Source: Shigella phage Henu11
Sequence record: OM953433
Strand: one strand, 5' to 3'
Length of the DNA stretch: 64,000 nt
Shown here: in pieces, positions 9,710 to 18,546 of the stretch
Layout of the letters: each line of letters starts with the position of its first letter
Numbering within the stretch: the stretch's first letter is position 1
The notes under the pieces: model-generated
Told to the model about the DNA's origin: nothing
What the model saw: only the letters and a program-made list of their open reading frames with translations
Databases searched by the model: none
Position numbers and translations under genes: made by a program

Positions 9710-9872
9710 GAGTGACAAGTACACTCAAGAAGAAGCACGATATGAGGTTAAAGGCACTAAAGGTGAAGACCTTGCAAGTGCTCTTGAGTTTTATCGTGAT
9801 GGTTACTATGAATGTACTATTAAGGCAAACAATTTAATTGATATGATTTTGTTAGGGAATAGGCAGCAATGA
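9603..9872 (+). CDS. lipoprotein, o-spanin-like
   Basis: ORF track; signal peptide with lipobox LMSGC; begins inside 9362..9709 in another frame. Confidence 0.4.
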   Translation: MKKLRQSLLMIVLLSLMSGCSTNKVNSTFKNSQVSESDKYTQEEARYEVKGTKGEDLASALEFYRDGYYECTIKANNLIDMILLGNRQQ

Positions 9873-10138
9873 CAGAGAAGAATGAAACATTTTTTGTGGA
9901 AGGTTATCTTCTGTTACCAAGACCAAATAACACTTACATGAGATTTGACATTATGCCAACGGTTATGGATGATGTAACTTGTCACATCTTTATGCAGGGT
10001 GTTTCTGCACAACTTAAACATGTTGGAAGAGATTGCAAAATACGTGTTGACAACCATCCTGAAATCAACGAGAATCACTACACATGGTTCGGAGAAGAGT
10101 CTAAAGAAATCTATGCAGTCCTTAAAACGAGGAAGTGA
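9869..10138 (+). CDS. hypothetical protein
   Basis: ORF track 89 aa. Confidence 0.45.
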   Translation: MTEKNETFFVEGYLLLPRPNNTYMRFDIMPTVMDDVTCHIFMQGVSAQLKHVGRDCKIRVDNHPEINENHYTWFGEESKEIYAVLKTRK

Positions 10139-10144
10139 GGTTTA

Positions 10145-10474
10145 GTGATGCAACTAGATGGTAAGAATTATGTAGCCGTCTTTTCAGACGGTGAGAAAGA
10201 AATTGGTACAGCACAAGTCTGTCACAGTGGTAAAGAGTTTCTCTATGGGGTTGTTGCATTCATTGGTACTCGTGGAGATATGAAGTCTTTTAAAGATTGT
10301 GTTGACAAGCTTGAAGAATCCATAGAGAATCATTGGTGTCTGATATGGCTTAATGCAGAGAATGTTAAAGAACGCTATGCAAAAGTTGGTATCCATATTG
10401 AAAGCATCGAACATGTTGACCTGTTTGAGCTAACTGAAAAGGTGATGTATGAAAGCAATTCTGGTAAGAAGTAA
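10145..10474 (+). CDS. hypothetical protein
   Basis: ORF track 109 aa. Confidence 0.45.
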   Translation: MMQLDGKNYVAVFSDGEKEIGTAQVCHSGKEFLYGVVAFIGTRGDMKSFKDCVDKLEESIENHWCLIWLNAENVKERYAKVGIHIESIEHVDLFELTEKVMYESNSGKK

Positions 10475-10685
10475 AGTTACACGTCAAGTGTTAGTAGGGG
10501 CTATATTTGTTGGACGGGATGAGGTAATACCATTCATGAACCCCTTGATTCACTACAACTTCAAGATAGGGGATTTTAAACACTACCTGAATCCTCTGCT
10601 TACAAGATTAAGCTTAGAAGAGTTTAAGTGTAATTACTCTTATGAAGGTGATACATACTTCCAAGAGGTAATATCAAATGGCTGA
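10449..10685 (+). CDS. hypothetical protein
   Basis: ORF track 78 aa; overlaps neighbours. Confidence 0.35.
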   Translation: MKAILVRSKVTRQVLVGAIFVGRDEVIPFMNPLIHYNFKIGDFKHYLNPLLTRLSLEEFKCNYSYEGDTYFQEVISNG

Positions 10686-10878
10686 TTTCTGCACTAAGTG
10701 TTCTGTTGAGATGTTTGGAAAAGATACAGGAGACTTAAAAGGTCTCTTTACAAAGGCAGAATTTAAAGCTGGTTCAGCAATGCCAGTAATCTGTGAAGGT
10801 TGCGGTGCTTTATGGGTAGACCATGAAGGTAACCGAGTTAAACCATCTGAAGATAACGAACGTTGGGAGCATTACTAA
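10678..10878 (+). CDS. small Cys-rich (zinc-ribbon-like) protein
   Basis: ORF track; CTKCS...CEGCG. Confidence 0.4.
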   Translation: MADFCTKCSVEMFGKDTGDLKGLFTKAEFKAGSAMPVICEGCGALWVDHEGNRVKPSEDNERWEHY

Positions 10879-10879
10879 T

Positions 10880-11674
10880 ATGGGTATCGTAAAAATTATT
10901 AAAGGTGATATCTTTAAAGATTTTGATGGTAAGAAGTTTGATATCATTGGTCACGGTTGTAACTGCATGAACTTGATGCCAGCAGGTATCGCAGCAACAA
11001 TTGCTAAACGCTACCCAAAAGCTTATGAAACTGACGCTGAAGTTTATGCTACAGTAGGTGGTGAAAATCATAACCCTAAGCATCTAATGCTTGGTAACAT
11101 CTCTGTAGCACGTTTTAAGCAGGGTCGAATTGCTAACCTTTACACTCAGGTTATCACTGGCAAAGATGCACGATACAACGCCTTAGAAGCAGCTTTACAG
11201 CGTCTTAACAACTACTGTAAAGTTAATCAACTTAAGAAAGTTGGGCTTCCGATGATTGGTGCAGGGATTGGTGGTCTTGATAGCATGGCTGTACTGTCCA
11301 TTATCAACCAGACTATGAAGGATGTTGACGTTTATATGTATGTCTATGAAGATAAGATGTACAGTCAGTTGACTAGTCCTGTTACTGGTTGGGAGAACTT
11401 CAGTGAGCCTCAATACTTTGATGGTGTTGCTGTGGTAGGCAAGGATAAAGTTACCCTCAAGGTGAAGCGTAATGGCAAGGTACACACCAGTTACCCTCCG
11501 GTTGAGAAGTACAATCGAAGTAACGCTCAAGTTACCCACCCGTTACAAGGCCACCACCACAGAGCGGTAACGTTTGGCGATGATGCAAGTGTATATATCA
11601 ATGCGACTACAGAAGAGTTTGCAGAAGATTATATCACACATGAAAACGTAAACTATGTTGAAGCACGTAACTAA
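10880..11674 (+). CDS. macro-domain-like protein with C-terminal extension
   Basis: ORF track with start moved to ATG 10880; GDIF...DIIGHGCNCMNLMPAGIAATIAKRYP and VGLPMIGAGIGGLD resemble macro-domain signature blocks. Confidence 0.5.
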   Translation: MGIVKIIKGDIFKDFDGKKFDIIGHGCNCMNLMPAGIAATIAKRYPKAYETDAEVYATVGGENHNPKHLMLGNISVARFKQGRIANLYTQVITGKDARYNALEAALQRLNNYCKVNQLKKVGLPMIGAGIGGLDSMAVLSIINQTMKDVDVYMYVYEDKMYSQLTSPVTGWENFSEPQYFDGVAVVGKDKVTLKVKRNGKVHTSYPPVEKYNRSNAQVTHPLQGHHHRAVTFGDDASVYINATTEEFAEDYITHENVNYVEARN

Positions 11675-11744
11675 TAAGTTACCCAGATAAACATAGACAA
11701 GCCCTCCAAAGTTTGAGTTTAAAATCTCAGGTAAGGAGGGCTTT

Positions 11745-11930
11745 TTCATTTTAAATTTGTGCAGGTATAGTTGCATAGAACTCTGGACAGATTTCTTTAG
11801 CTGAACTCCAAAGGGAAAATTCATTTCAAATTTGTGCAGGTTTAGACTCCAAAGGGGTTTTTCATTTTCAATCTGTGCAGATGCAGTTGGACTCCAAAGG
11901 GAAAATTCATTTTCAGTTTGTGCAGGTAGG
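11745..11930. repeat. four tandem copies of a ~50-65 bp unit ending in TTCATTTT-N-TTGTGCAGGT
   Basis: copies end near 11766, 11831, 11881, 11928. Confidence 0.6.
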
Positions 11931-12099
11931 TAGCTGTAGGAAACCAGCCCCACCATCCCCTCTTACTCCCCTTCCTCCCAAAAGTCAAGATAAAAATTTG
12001 TAGAGAACTCAAAAATAATTCTTGACTAGATTCCTGTTTTAGTGTATCCGCATACGTGCGTTCTATTCACGAAACATCAAAAATATTTTTAAAAATTTT

Positions 12100-12127
12100 G
12101 TTGACTTCATAAATCCAGTCTTATAGT
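12100..12127 (+). promoter_or_regulatory. putative promoter (TTGAC-like -35, TATAGT -10)
   Basis: gttgac 12100-12105, tatagt 12122-12127. Confidence 0.4.
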
Positions 12128-12178
12128 ATTTGCATCAACGGGAAACATCCCAACAATCCTAAACTGGAGAATCTGAAA

Positions 12179-12385
12179 ATGTTATATCAACGTGAGTTAA
12201 TGATTGTTGACAACAACAAAACAAATAAACGTCGTTTCTATATGCTAATTTGTGATGTTTGGCAACGTATCTCAGAAAAAGATTTTGATAAATATGTTAA
12301 TACGTCAATCAGGTCAGATTGTTACTTGACAAATCATACAAGACAGTTTACAAGACATACAGCAATTTATTATTACAACGTTTAA
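12179..12385 (+). CDS. hypothetical small early protein
   Basis: ORF track; conserved leader. Confidence 0.5.
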   Translation: MLYQRELMIVDNNKTNKRRFYMLICDVWQRISEKDFDKYVNTSIRSDCYLTNHTRQFTRHTAIYYYNV

Positions 12386-12397
12386 GAAGGCTTGACA

Positions 12398-12559
12398 ATG
12401 ATTAAAGAAAACGATGTAATACAATACAAAGATTTAGACGGATACCTAAAAATTGGTAAAGTCTTCTATCTCTATAAATCTGCTATGGGTAATAATTGTG
12501 TAGCCCTTACAAATGGCGATAAAATAACCATGAAAGATTTTATAAAAATTATTGCATAA
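12398..12559 (+). CDS. hypothetical small protein (53 aa)
   Basis: Unlisted ORF; AAGAAGG SD. Confidence 0.3.
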   Translation: MIKENDVIQYKDLDGYLKIGKVFYLYKSAMGNNCVALTNGDKITMKDFIKIIA

Positions 12560-12564
12560 AGTAC

Positions 12565-12593
12565 TTTACATGGGGTTTAAAAGCTAGTATCTT
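12565..12593 (+). promoter_or_regulatory. hairpin-embedded promoter TTTACA-N17-TATCTT
   Basis: lies within inverted repeat ggggttt...aagcccc. Confidence 0.4.
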
Positions 12594-12643
12594 AAGCCCC
12601 AGATAAAGAGCTTTACCAACAATCCTAAACTGGAGAATCTGAA

Positions 12644-13024
12644 ATGAAATATCGTGCGCCTAAATTTATCAACAAAGAAAACTTTCGTAGTATCTTAGAG
12701 GAAACTATGAAAGAAAACTTCAAAGGAAAAATAATTGTTGTTCACGCTTACAATTTTAAGTATGATGTTAATGGTAACCGTATCAACCACTACAAAGCTA
12801 CTATGCTTGACGGTACATTATCCGGTGAAAAAGCTATCATAAATGCTATTGCAGGACGTGGTAAAACTGTGATACGATGCGAAAAAAGACGCTATCAAGG
12901 CGGAAAATATGGATATGAAGATGCAATGTATCATCTTGATAAAATGGGGTATGATGTAGAGAAAGCTGGAGTATCCCAAACTATTGGTAGTGACGGCTAC
13001 GTTACAGTTTTCAAAATTAATTAA
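12644..13024 (+). CDS. hypothetical small early protein
   Basis: ORF track; conserved leader. Confidence 0.55.
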   Translation: MKYRAPKFINKENFRSILEETMKENFKGKIIVVHAYNFKYDVNGNRINHYKATMLDGTLSGEKAIINAIAGRGKTVIRCEKRRYQGGKYGYEDAMYHLDKMGYDVEKAGVSQTIGSDGYVTVFKIN

Positions 13025-13033
13025 ATAAAGTCC

Positions 13034-13062
13034 TTTACATGGGGTTTATAGTTAGATAAGAT
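13034..13062 (+). promoter_or_regulatory. hairpin-embedded promoter TTTACA-N17-TAAGAT
   Basis: same cassette architecture. Confidence 0.4.
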
Positions 13063-13114
13063 AAGCCCCAGATAAAGAGCTTTACCAACAATCAACCTAA
13101 ACTGGAGTATCAAA

Positions 13115-13372
13115 ATGGCTACTATCAAAAACATCATTGTATCTGCAAAATCTCGTGATGACGCTCGCGCAACTGCTAAAAAACTAAATGGTAAAGTGGT
13201 TGACAACGGAAAAGAATCTGCTGTAAGATGGGGCGTGAAATGTGATAAGGAAATTACTTTAAAACGTAGTTCCTATGACCTTTTCAAAGGTGTAAAAGCA
13301 ATCGGTAGAACTAACGTCTACACGAAGAAAGGTTATAAAATGCACTTATCATTAACTGACAATTTAATCTGA
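13115..13372 (+). CDS. hypothetical small early protein
   Basis: ORF track; conserved leader. Confidence 0.55.
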   Translation: MATIKNIIVSAKSRDDARATAKKLNGKVVDNGKESAVRWGVKCDKEITLKRSSYDLFKGVKAIGRTNVYTKKGYKMHLSLTDNLI

Positions 13373-13380
13373 TAAAGTGC

Positions 13381-13409
13381 TTTACATGGGGTTTATAAGT
13401 TGCTAGTAT
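13381..13409 (+). promoter_or_regulatory. hairpin-embedded promoter TTTACA-N17-TAGTAT
   Basis: same cassette architecture. Confidence 0.4.
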
Positions 13410-13464
13410 AAGCCCCAGATAAAGAGCTTTACTAACCAATAGTCCTAAACTGGAGAATCTTAAT

Positions 13465-13977
13465 ATGTCATACGTTGAAGCTACCTTTGAAGTTCAAAAA
13501 GAAAAATTCACTATCATCTATGAAGCTGTTAATATTTGTGAAGCATCCCATTGTGTGGAAAATTGGAAGTTTACCGATGAGCACAAAGGCGGGGTTACAA
13601 TCAAACTTAAAAATCCAGAGCGTAACGGGTACAAATATGCAATTCCACAGCATTACAGCCTTTCTCAATTGATGAGTGATTATGCTAAACAAGGCCGCGA
13701 AAATCCATCTATAGAGGCTTACAAGAGCTTACAAGATGAATTACAAAGAGATTTAGAGGCTAACAGCTATGTACTATTTGCAAAGGTAGAAGATAAAGAA
13801 GGTAATACGGTATTAAATAGCTTTTCACTTGCTTATGGTTTCGATTGGTGTTATCTTGACGGGGAAGATTTAGATTCACGATTAGAAGAGGAAGTGTCGA
13901 ACTCCGATGGAGAATCTGAAGTAATGGAACGTTTGGAAGACTTGAAAGATTCTGTTATGAATATCTTTAATATCTAA
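13465..13977 (+). CDS. hypothetical early protein
   Basis: ORF track; conserved leader. Confidence 0.55.
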   Translation: MSYVEATFEVQKEKFTIIYEAVNICEASHCVENWKFTDEHKGGVTIKLKNPERNGYKYAIPQHYSLSQLMSDYAKQGRENPSIEAYKSLQDELQRDLEANSYVLFAKVEDKEGNTVLNSFSLAYGFDWCYLDGEDLDSRLEEEVSNSDGESEVMERLEDLKDSVMNIFNI

Positions 13978-13982
13978 AGTGC

Positions 13983-14011
13983 TTTACATGGGGCTATCAA
14001 GTTGATAAGAT
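13983..14011 (+). promoter_or_regulatory. hairpin-embedded promoter TTTACA-N17-TAAGAT
   Basis: same cassette architecture. Confidence 0.4.
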
Positions 14012-14060
14012 AGCCCCAGATAAAGAGCTTTACCAACAATCCTAAACTGGAGAATCTAAA

Positions 14061-14357
14061 ATGTTTATTGCCGCAAACGTTAGAACTAAATTAAGCCAGC
14101 TATTAAGCAATATTCAATTCATTGAATCCATGCGCCGTACCTCTGAAGCCGTAGAATGGTATCACGGAAAGATTGACAAAAGGGAAGTTGTGATTTGTGT
14201 ATGGAGCTTTTGTAAAGAATACAGAAAGCCGTTGCTTCAGATAGATATCTATGATAATGCTAATAAATCAGCTATTAAATCCACAAAAGATATGGTAGAT
14301 TCTTATGAAATTAGTCACACTGGTAAACTATTCCACAAAGGTAAAAACAAATGCTAA
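14061..14357 (+). CDS. hypothetical small early protein
   Basis: ORF track; conserved leader. Confidence 0.55.
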   Translation: MFIAANVRTKLSQLLSNIQFIESMRRTSEAVEWYHGKIDKREVVICVWSFCKEYRKPLLQIDIYDNANKSAIKSTKDMVDSYEISHTGKLFHKGKNKC

Positions 14358-14698
14358 TCACATACACTGCAATTTTTATCTCTATTGTGGCGCTCTATAA
14401 AGCCTTGCAAGCGCACAGTATAGCTAATAAGGCACTTACAAGGGATTTAAAAATAAATCTTGTACGGGGCTTTTTAGAGCGTTTGAGCTTAGAACAATTG
14501 AAACGTTTAGAGATGAGCTTTCGATTCAAAGCAGAGACATACCGGATTGATAACATCCTAGATGGTGATTTTAAATTAATCAGTGATTATGACATACTTC
14601 TTGAGTCAATTCAAGATATAAACCTGAAAGATTATTATATTGTAATAGCACAAGAAATTAATAAAAAAGAGCTTGCAATGCAGAATCAAAACAAGTAA
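14351..14698 (+). CDS. hypothetical protein with N-terminal TM segment
   Basis: ORF track; start overlaps upstream stop. Confidence 0.5.
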   Translation: MLITYTAIFISIVALYKALQAHSIANKALTRDLKINLVRGFLERLSLEQLKRLEMSFRFKAETYRIDNILDGDFKLISDYDILLESIQDINLKDYYIVIAQEINKKELAMQNQNK

Positions 14699-14756
14699 AG
14701 TATTCATCAACGGGGCAAGATAGAAGCCCCAACAATCCTAAACTGGAGAATCTAAA

Positions 14757-15029
14757 ATGTATACTACTAATGACGGTCGCACTTTGAACGTAACTTTAAA
14801 ACACTATGTAGACGGTGTATTAAACTTTGAAGAGTTAAGAGCAGAACAGCAACTATTAGATTGGCAAGTAGCAGGTTTACAAAAAACCGCTACAGGATAT
14901 GGAAAGAAAATTCCTACATCTTGGAAAGTTCGATACCTTGGAAAGTTACGCAGAATTTATCAAGATGTTTATAGTAATAGCGGTGTAAGTTACATTATTG
15001 TTAGTGGTAAAAAGTTGTATTTAGTCTAA
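14757..15029 (+). CDS. hypothetical small early protein
   Basis: ORF track; conserved leader. Confidence 0.55.
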   Translation: MYTTNDGRTLNVTLKHYVDGVLNFEELRAEQQLLDWQVAGLQKTATGYGKKIPTSWKVRYLGKLRRIYQDVYSNSGVSYIIVSGKKLYLV

Positions 15030-15037
15030 TAAATTGC

Positions 15038-15066
15038 TTTACATGGGGTTATCAAGTTGATAAGAT
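15038..15066 (+). promoter_or_regulatory. hairpin-embedded promoter TTTACA-N17-TAAGAT
   Basis: same cassette architecture. Confidence 0.4.
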
Positions 15067-15118
15067 AGCCCCAGATAAAGAGATTTACCAACAATCAACC
15101 TAAACTGGAGTATCAAAA

Positions 15119-15526
15119 ATGACTAATGTTAATCACAAAGAAGTTGCAATTTTGAAAGCACGTTTGACCATTAACCGCATCAACATTGTAACATCAGCAG
15201 CGCCAGACGAAACACTGCATAATATCATCGGCAAAATTCAGGGCGTAGTAGTAGACACAAAACAGCTTAAAGAGTCCTTGCAAGATGTAGCAGCAGGGGC
15301 TATAATTGACGGTGCTCAATATGAGATGAAGGAAATGCTGTCAAAGTCAAAAGTAATGAATAAAGAACTTGACTTGAAAATGTTTAGATTTGCTGTTAAA
15401 GTGTGGCTATGTGTTGATTTTGATGCAAACTTTGCAATTGCTGATTTCTTTGCAACATGGTTACAGCGTAACTTACCGGTCGAAGTTTTCCGTGAAATCT
15501 GCGATGCAATTTATTCAGAGATTTGA
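15119..15526 (+). CDS. hypothetical early protein
   Basis: ORF track; conserved leader. Confidence 0.55.
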   Translation: MTNVNHKEVAILKARLTINRINIVTSAAPDETLHNIIGKIQGVVVDTKQLKESLQDVAAGAIIDGAQYEMKEMLSKSKVMNKELDLKMFRFAVKVWLCVDFDANFAIADFFATWLQRNLPVEVFREICDAIYSEI

Positions 15527-15611
15527 TTGACATTGCAAAAGCATAGTAGTAGAGTACTCATCAACGGGGCAAGTTAGAAGCCCCAACAATCCTAAACTGG
15601 AGAATCTGAAA

Positions 15612-15860
15612 ATGTTTAATATGTTGAATATCCCTGACACTTGCCGACTCTTAACACAATTTGATAACCTTGGTAAGCCGTTTTTATATCATATGCCAGA
15701 TAACACTGCAAAAACTTACAGTTACATTGTAAACCGTTTTACGGCTTATGGTTCAAAGTATGGCTATAATGTCAAGACTCAAAAGGTGACTTTGTTCACA
15801 AGTATTGAAGAGTTACCAACTGTTGCCGTTAAACTAATCTTTACAAAGAAAACTAAATAA
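15612..15860 (+). CDS. hypothetical small early protein
   Basis: ORF track; conserved leader. Confidence 0.55.
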   Translation: MFNMLNIPDTCRLLTQFDNLGKPFLYHMPDNTAKTYSYIVNRFTAYGSKYGYNVKTQKVTLFTSIEELPTVAVKLIFTKKTK

Positions 15861-15865
15861 AGTCC

Positions 15866-15894
15866 TTTACATGGGGTTTAAAAGCTAGTATATT
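15866..15894 (+). promoter_or_regulatory. hairpin-embedded promoter TTTACA-N17-TATATT
   Basis: same cassette architecture. Confidence 0.4.
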
Positions 15895-15944
15895 AAGCCC
15901 CAGATAAAGAGCTTTACCAACAATCCTAAACTGGAGAATCTAAA

Positions 15945-16502
15945 ATGAAATGCTTCCACGGTACTACACAAGAAAACTTCGTAAATCTTATTAATGGCGG
16001 TGATAAACCATCAGGAGCTTGGAATTGCTCTGATATGGATGGATGTTTTTATGTCTACCCTGTTAGCAAGTTCTATGATGTAGAAAATCTGGATGACGAA
16101 CAAATCATAGATGAAGGTATTAGAAACGCGCTTGATAGCGCAAGCATTACAGCAGCCTATCAAATGAAGTCACAAAAACTTGTCATCTTGGAACTAGATA
16201 TTCCAGAAGATGATTTACAAGATGACTGGAGTTGTGAGAACATGAGCGACGTCGCAAGCTTTACAGAATATTTCGATAAAGAATGGATTAAAAAGGTTTA
16301 CACAACTGAATTTAATGCTATGTATGCGCCTTTCTTTGTCCCTAACCTGAATAATAGGAACTTGGGTTATATACCGGATGAGTTACACAACATTGCGGCA
16401 ATAGTTCAACGTAGTGATGAGATGAATAATGTTTATATTGATATCTTCGAGACTATGCAATGTAACGTAGCAGAAACGGCTATAAACGACTTAACAGCAT
16501 AA
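15945..16502 (+). CDS. hypothetical early protein
   Basis: ORF track; conserved leader. Confidence 0.55.
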   Translation: MKCFHGTTQENFVNLINGGDKPSGAWNCSDMDGCFYVYPVSKFYDVENLDDEQIIDEGIRNALDSASITAAYQMKSQKLVILELDIPEDDLQDDWSCENMSDVASFTEYFDKEWIKKVYTTEFNAMYAPFFVPNLNNRNLGYIPDELHNIAAIVQRSDEMNNVYIDIFETMQCNVAETAINDLTA

Positions 16503-16565
16503 ACGATAGAATCATACCAGTTCACTAGAAAAGCCCCGCACAGGGGCTTACAAGAGGCTTAAAAG

Positions 16566-16796
16566 ATGCTTACAACAATCTATCTTATCCTATCTATCTG
16601 CAATGGTTCACAATGTGACTTTAAAGGTCTGGAAGAGTTTACAGGTAGCGAAAATAATGCTATTGTTGCCTGTCAGATAGCAAGGCAAGACTACCCAACA
16701 TCGGATGATATCCAATGTTACTATAAATCAGAAGATGATGAAGGGATTTACTTTGATAGTGTGAATGGTGAATATGAGATTCTTATAGAAAAGTAG
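16566..16796 (+). CDS. hypothetical small protein
   Basis: ORF track 76 aa. Confidence 0.45.
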   Translation: MLTTIYLILSICNGSQCDFKGLEEFTGSENNAIVACQIARQDYPTSDDIQCYYKSEDDEGIYFDSVNGEYEILIEK

Positions 16797-16886
16797 TTGA
16801 CACTAAAAACGCAAACAAGTAAAGTATTCATCAACGGGAAGGAAACTTCCCCACTAAACAAAATTCCTAAACTGGAGAATCTGAAA

Positions 16887-17228
16887 ATGGCCTATGTAAC
16901 AATTATCACCGATAAAGAAAATTCGTCATGGTCTACCCAAGTTAACGACAAAATGACACCTATGCAGTGTCTCAAATACTTTGAGCAGTGGAACAGGGGA
17001 GAAGATGTAAGCCCCTTTCAAGTGATGCAGATTGTACATGTTGACAATGAAGGGAATAAAACTACCCTTAACACTGAGTACTATACTACACGTTTCGAGA
17101 CTCGCAAATCAGCTATGCAGGGTTTAAGAGAAAAGGGATATAGTCACATTGCCGCGCTCATTTGGTCTGATTTGCTTAAAAAACAGTCATTAACCTATGT
17201 TAAGCCAGAAAAAATCTTTATAAGCTAA
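16887..17228 (+). CDS. hypothetical early protein
   Basis: ORF track 16797..17228; start moved to the ATG directly after the conserved leader. Confidence 0.5.
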   Translation: MAYVTIITDKENSSWSTQVNDKMTPMQCLKYFEQWNRGEDVSPFQVMQIVHVDNEGNKTTLNTEYYTTRFETRKSAMQGLREKGYSHIAALIWSDLLKKQSLTYVKPEKIFIS

Positions 17229-17355
17229 TCAACAACTTATAAAAATCTTTTGAAAAACTATTGACAATGCCCCTTGACAAGTGTAACTTTGTTCGAGGGG
17301 GTTTATCTAAAAGGATTCACTTAAAAGATTCTTTATAGATAAGCGTAAAAAGTAC

Positions 17356-17384
17356 TTGCAAAGGTTTAATCATATCTATATAGT
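17356..17384 (+). promoter_or_regulatory. promoter TTGCAA-N17-TATAGT
   Basis: ttgcaa 17356-17361, tatagt 17379-17384. Confidence 0.45.
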
Positions 17385-17423
17385 ATCTTCAAAAGGCAAC
17401 TTCCTAAACTGGAGAATCACAAA

Positions 17424-17564
17424 ATGTTAGATATCATTAAAAACCCTATCCTTTGCGGTATGATTGTTTCTGTTGTGTTGCCATTAGCAATGCTCATCAT
17501 TGGTGAAATCTCAGATAAACTTTTTGATAAAAAACTACTTGCAATACAGAATCAAAACAAGTAA
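17424..17564 (+). CDS. small hydrophobic protein (46 aa)
   Basis: Unlisted ORF behind a leader variant; C-terminus LAIQNQNK mirrors the end of 14351..14698. Confidence 0.35.
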   Translation: MLDIIKNPILCGMIVSVVLPLAMLIIGEISDKLFDKKLLAIQNQNK

Positions 17565-17628
17565 AGTATTTATCAACGGGGAGGGAGACTTCCCCACTAA
17601 ACAAAATTCCTAAACTGGAGAATCTGAA

Positions 17629-18156
17629 ATGAACAAGTTCCAAGCAATTAATCATATCCGTTCCAATGCAGTAATGAGCAAGCCAGTAAAAGACACCTTC
17701 GAATTCCGCTGTAATGATAAGTTGTTTGCAGTCATTACAAAAGGGGAAGATAAAAAGTATTATGTACATCGCCAAAACGTTAAGTTAGTAACAGCAGACA
17801 ACTTTATGAAAGCTGTTGCAACAATCCTACCGGATTTTATGGAACTGGTAGCAGAACTTTGTGAACACTGCATCAAGTCATCAAAGGCAGAATTAAACCG
17901 CTTTAAAATGGCTTATGAGCGTTCTATCAAGTCCCATAACATGTATATCATGCCATTGGCTTTTGGTACTCAGGCAATGGGAACAGGTTGTCATCCTTTC
18001 CACCTTTACGATGTAGAAAGCATTTACCTTAGTGAGTCAAAAGATATTGATTTTAGTTTACAGTTAGGACAAGCATTAAATGATATGATTAAATTACACG
18101 AAAAATCCGTAAAAGATATGCAAAAAGAGCTTGACGAAATCATCGTAAATCTATAA
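17629..18156 (+). CDS. hypothetical early protein
   Basis: ORF track; conserved leader. Confidence 0.55.
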   Translation: MNKFQAINHIRSNAVMSKPVKDTFEFRCNDKLFAVITKGEDKKYYVHRQNVKLVTADNFMKAVATILPDFMELVAELCEHCIKSSKAELNRFKMAYERSIKSHNMYIMPLAFGTQAMGTGCHPFHLYDVESIYLSESKDIDFSLQLGQALNDMIKLHEKSVKDMQKELDEIIVNL

Positions 18157-18216
18157 AGTACTTATCAACGGGGAGGGAATGACCTTCCCCAACAATCCTA
18201 AACTGGAGACTAGAAA

Positions 18217-18480
18217 ATGAATAATCAAGAAATCACTATCCTGTTACAAATCGGTACTGACAAAGAAGATATCCAACTTTGCAAACGTATTGAAAGTGAT
18301 TGGTTCAACGGTGAAATCATCGCAGAATCTTATGAAGTAGTCGGATTCATGAATGGTGAAGTTGTAAGCCATTTCGGTTTAACTAAATCTGAAGCCGTTG
18401 CAAAGTATGACGTTTTATCTTGTGAGATTCTTACAAAATACAATGAAAAAAGACTTGCAACTTATGCAGCAATGAATTAA
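18217..18480 (+). CDS. hypothetical small early protein
   Basis: ORF track; conserved leader. Confidence 0.55.
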   Translation: MNNQEITILLQIGTDKEDIQLCKRIESDWFNGEIIAESYEVVGFMNGEVVSHFGLTKSEAVAKYDVLSCEILTKYNEKRLATYAAMN

Positions 18481-18546
18481 TATTACTTTCAACGGGGAGG
18501 GAGACTTCCCCACTAAAACAAAATTCCTAAACTGGAGAATCTGAAA

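Larger units (their letters stand above)
12135..18546 (+). repeat. array of at least 14 copies of a conserved leader ending AATCCTAAACTGGAGAATCTGAAAATG
   Basis: Leader directly precedes the ATGs at 12179, 12644, 13115, 13465, 14061, 14757, 15119, 15612, 15945, 16887, 17424, 17629, 18217, 18547. Confidence 0.8.
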
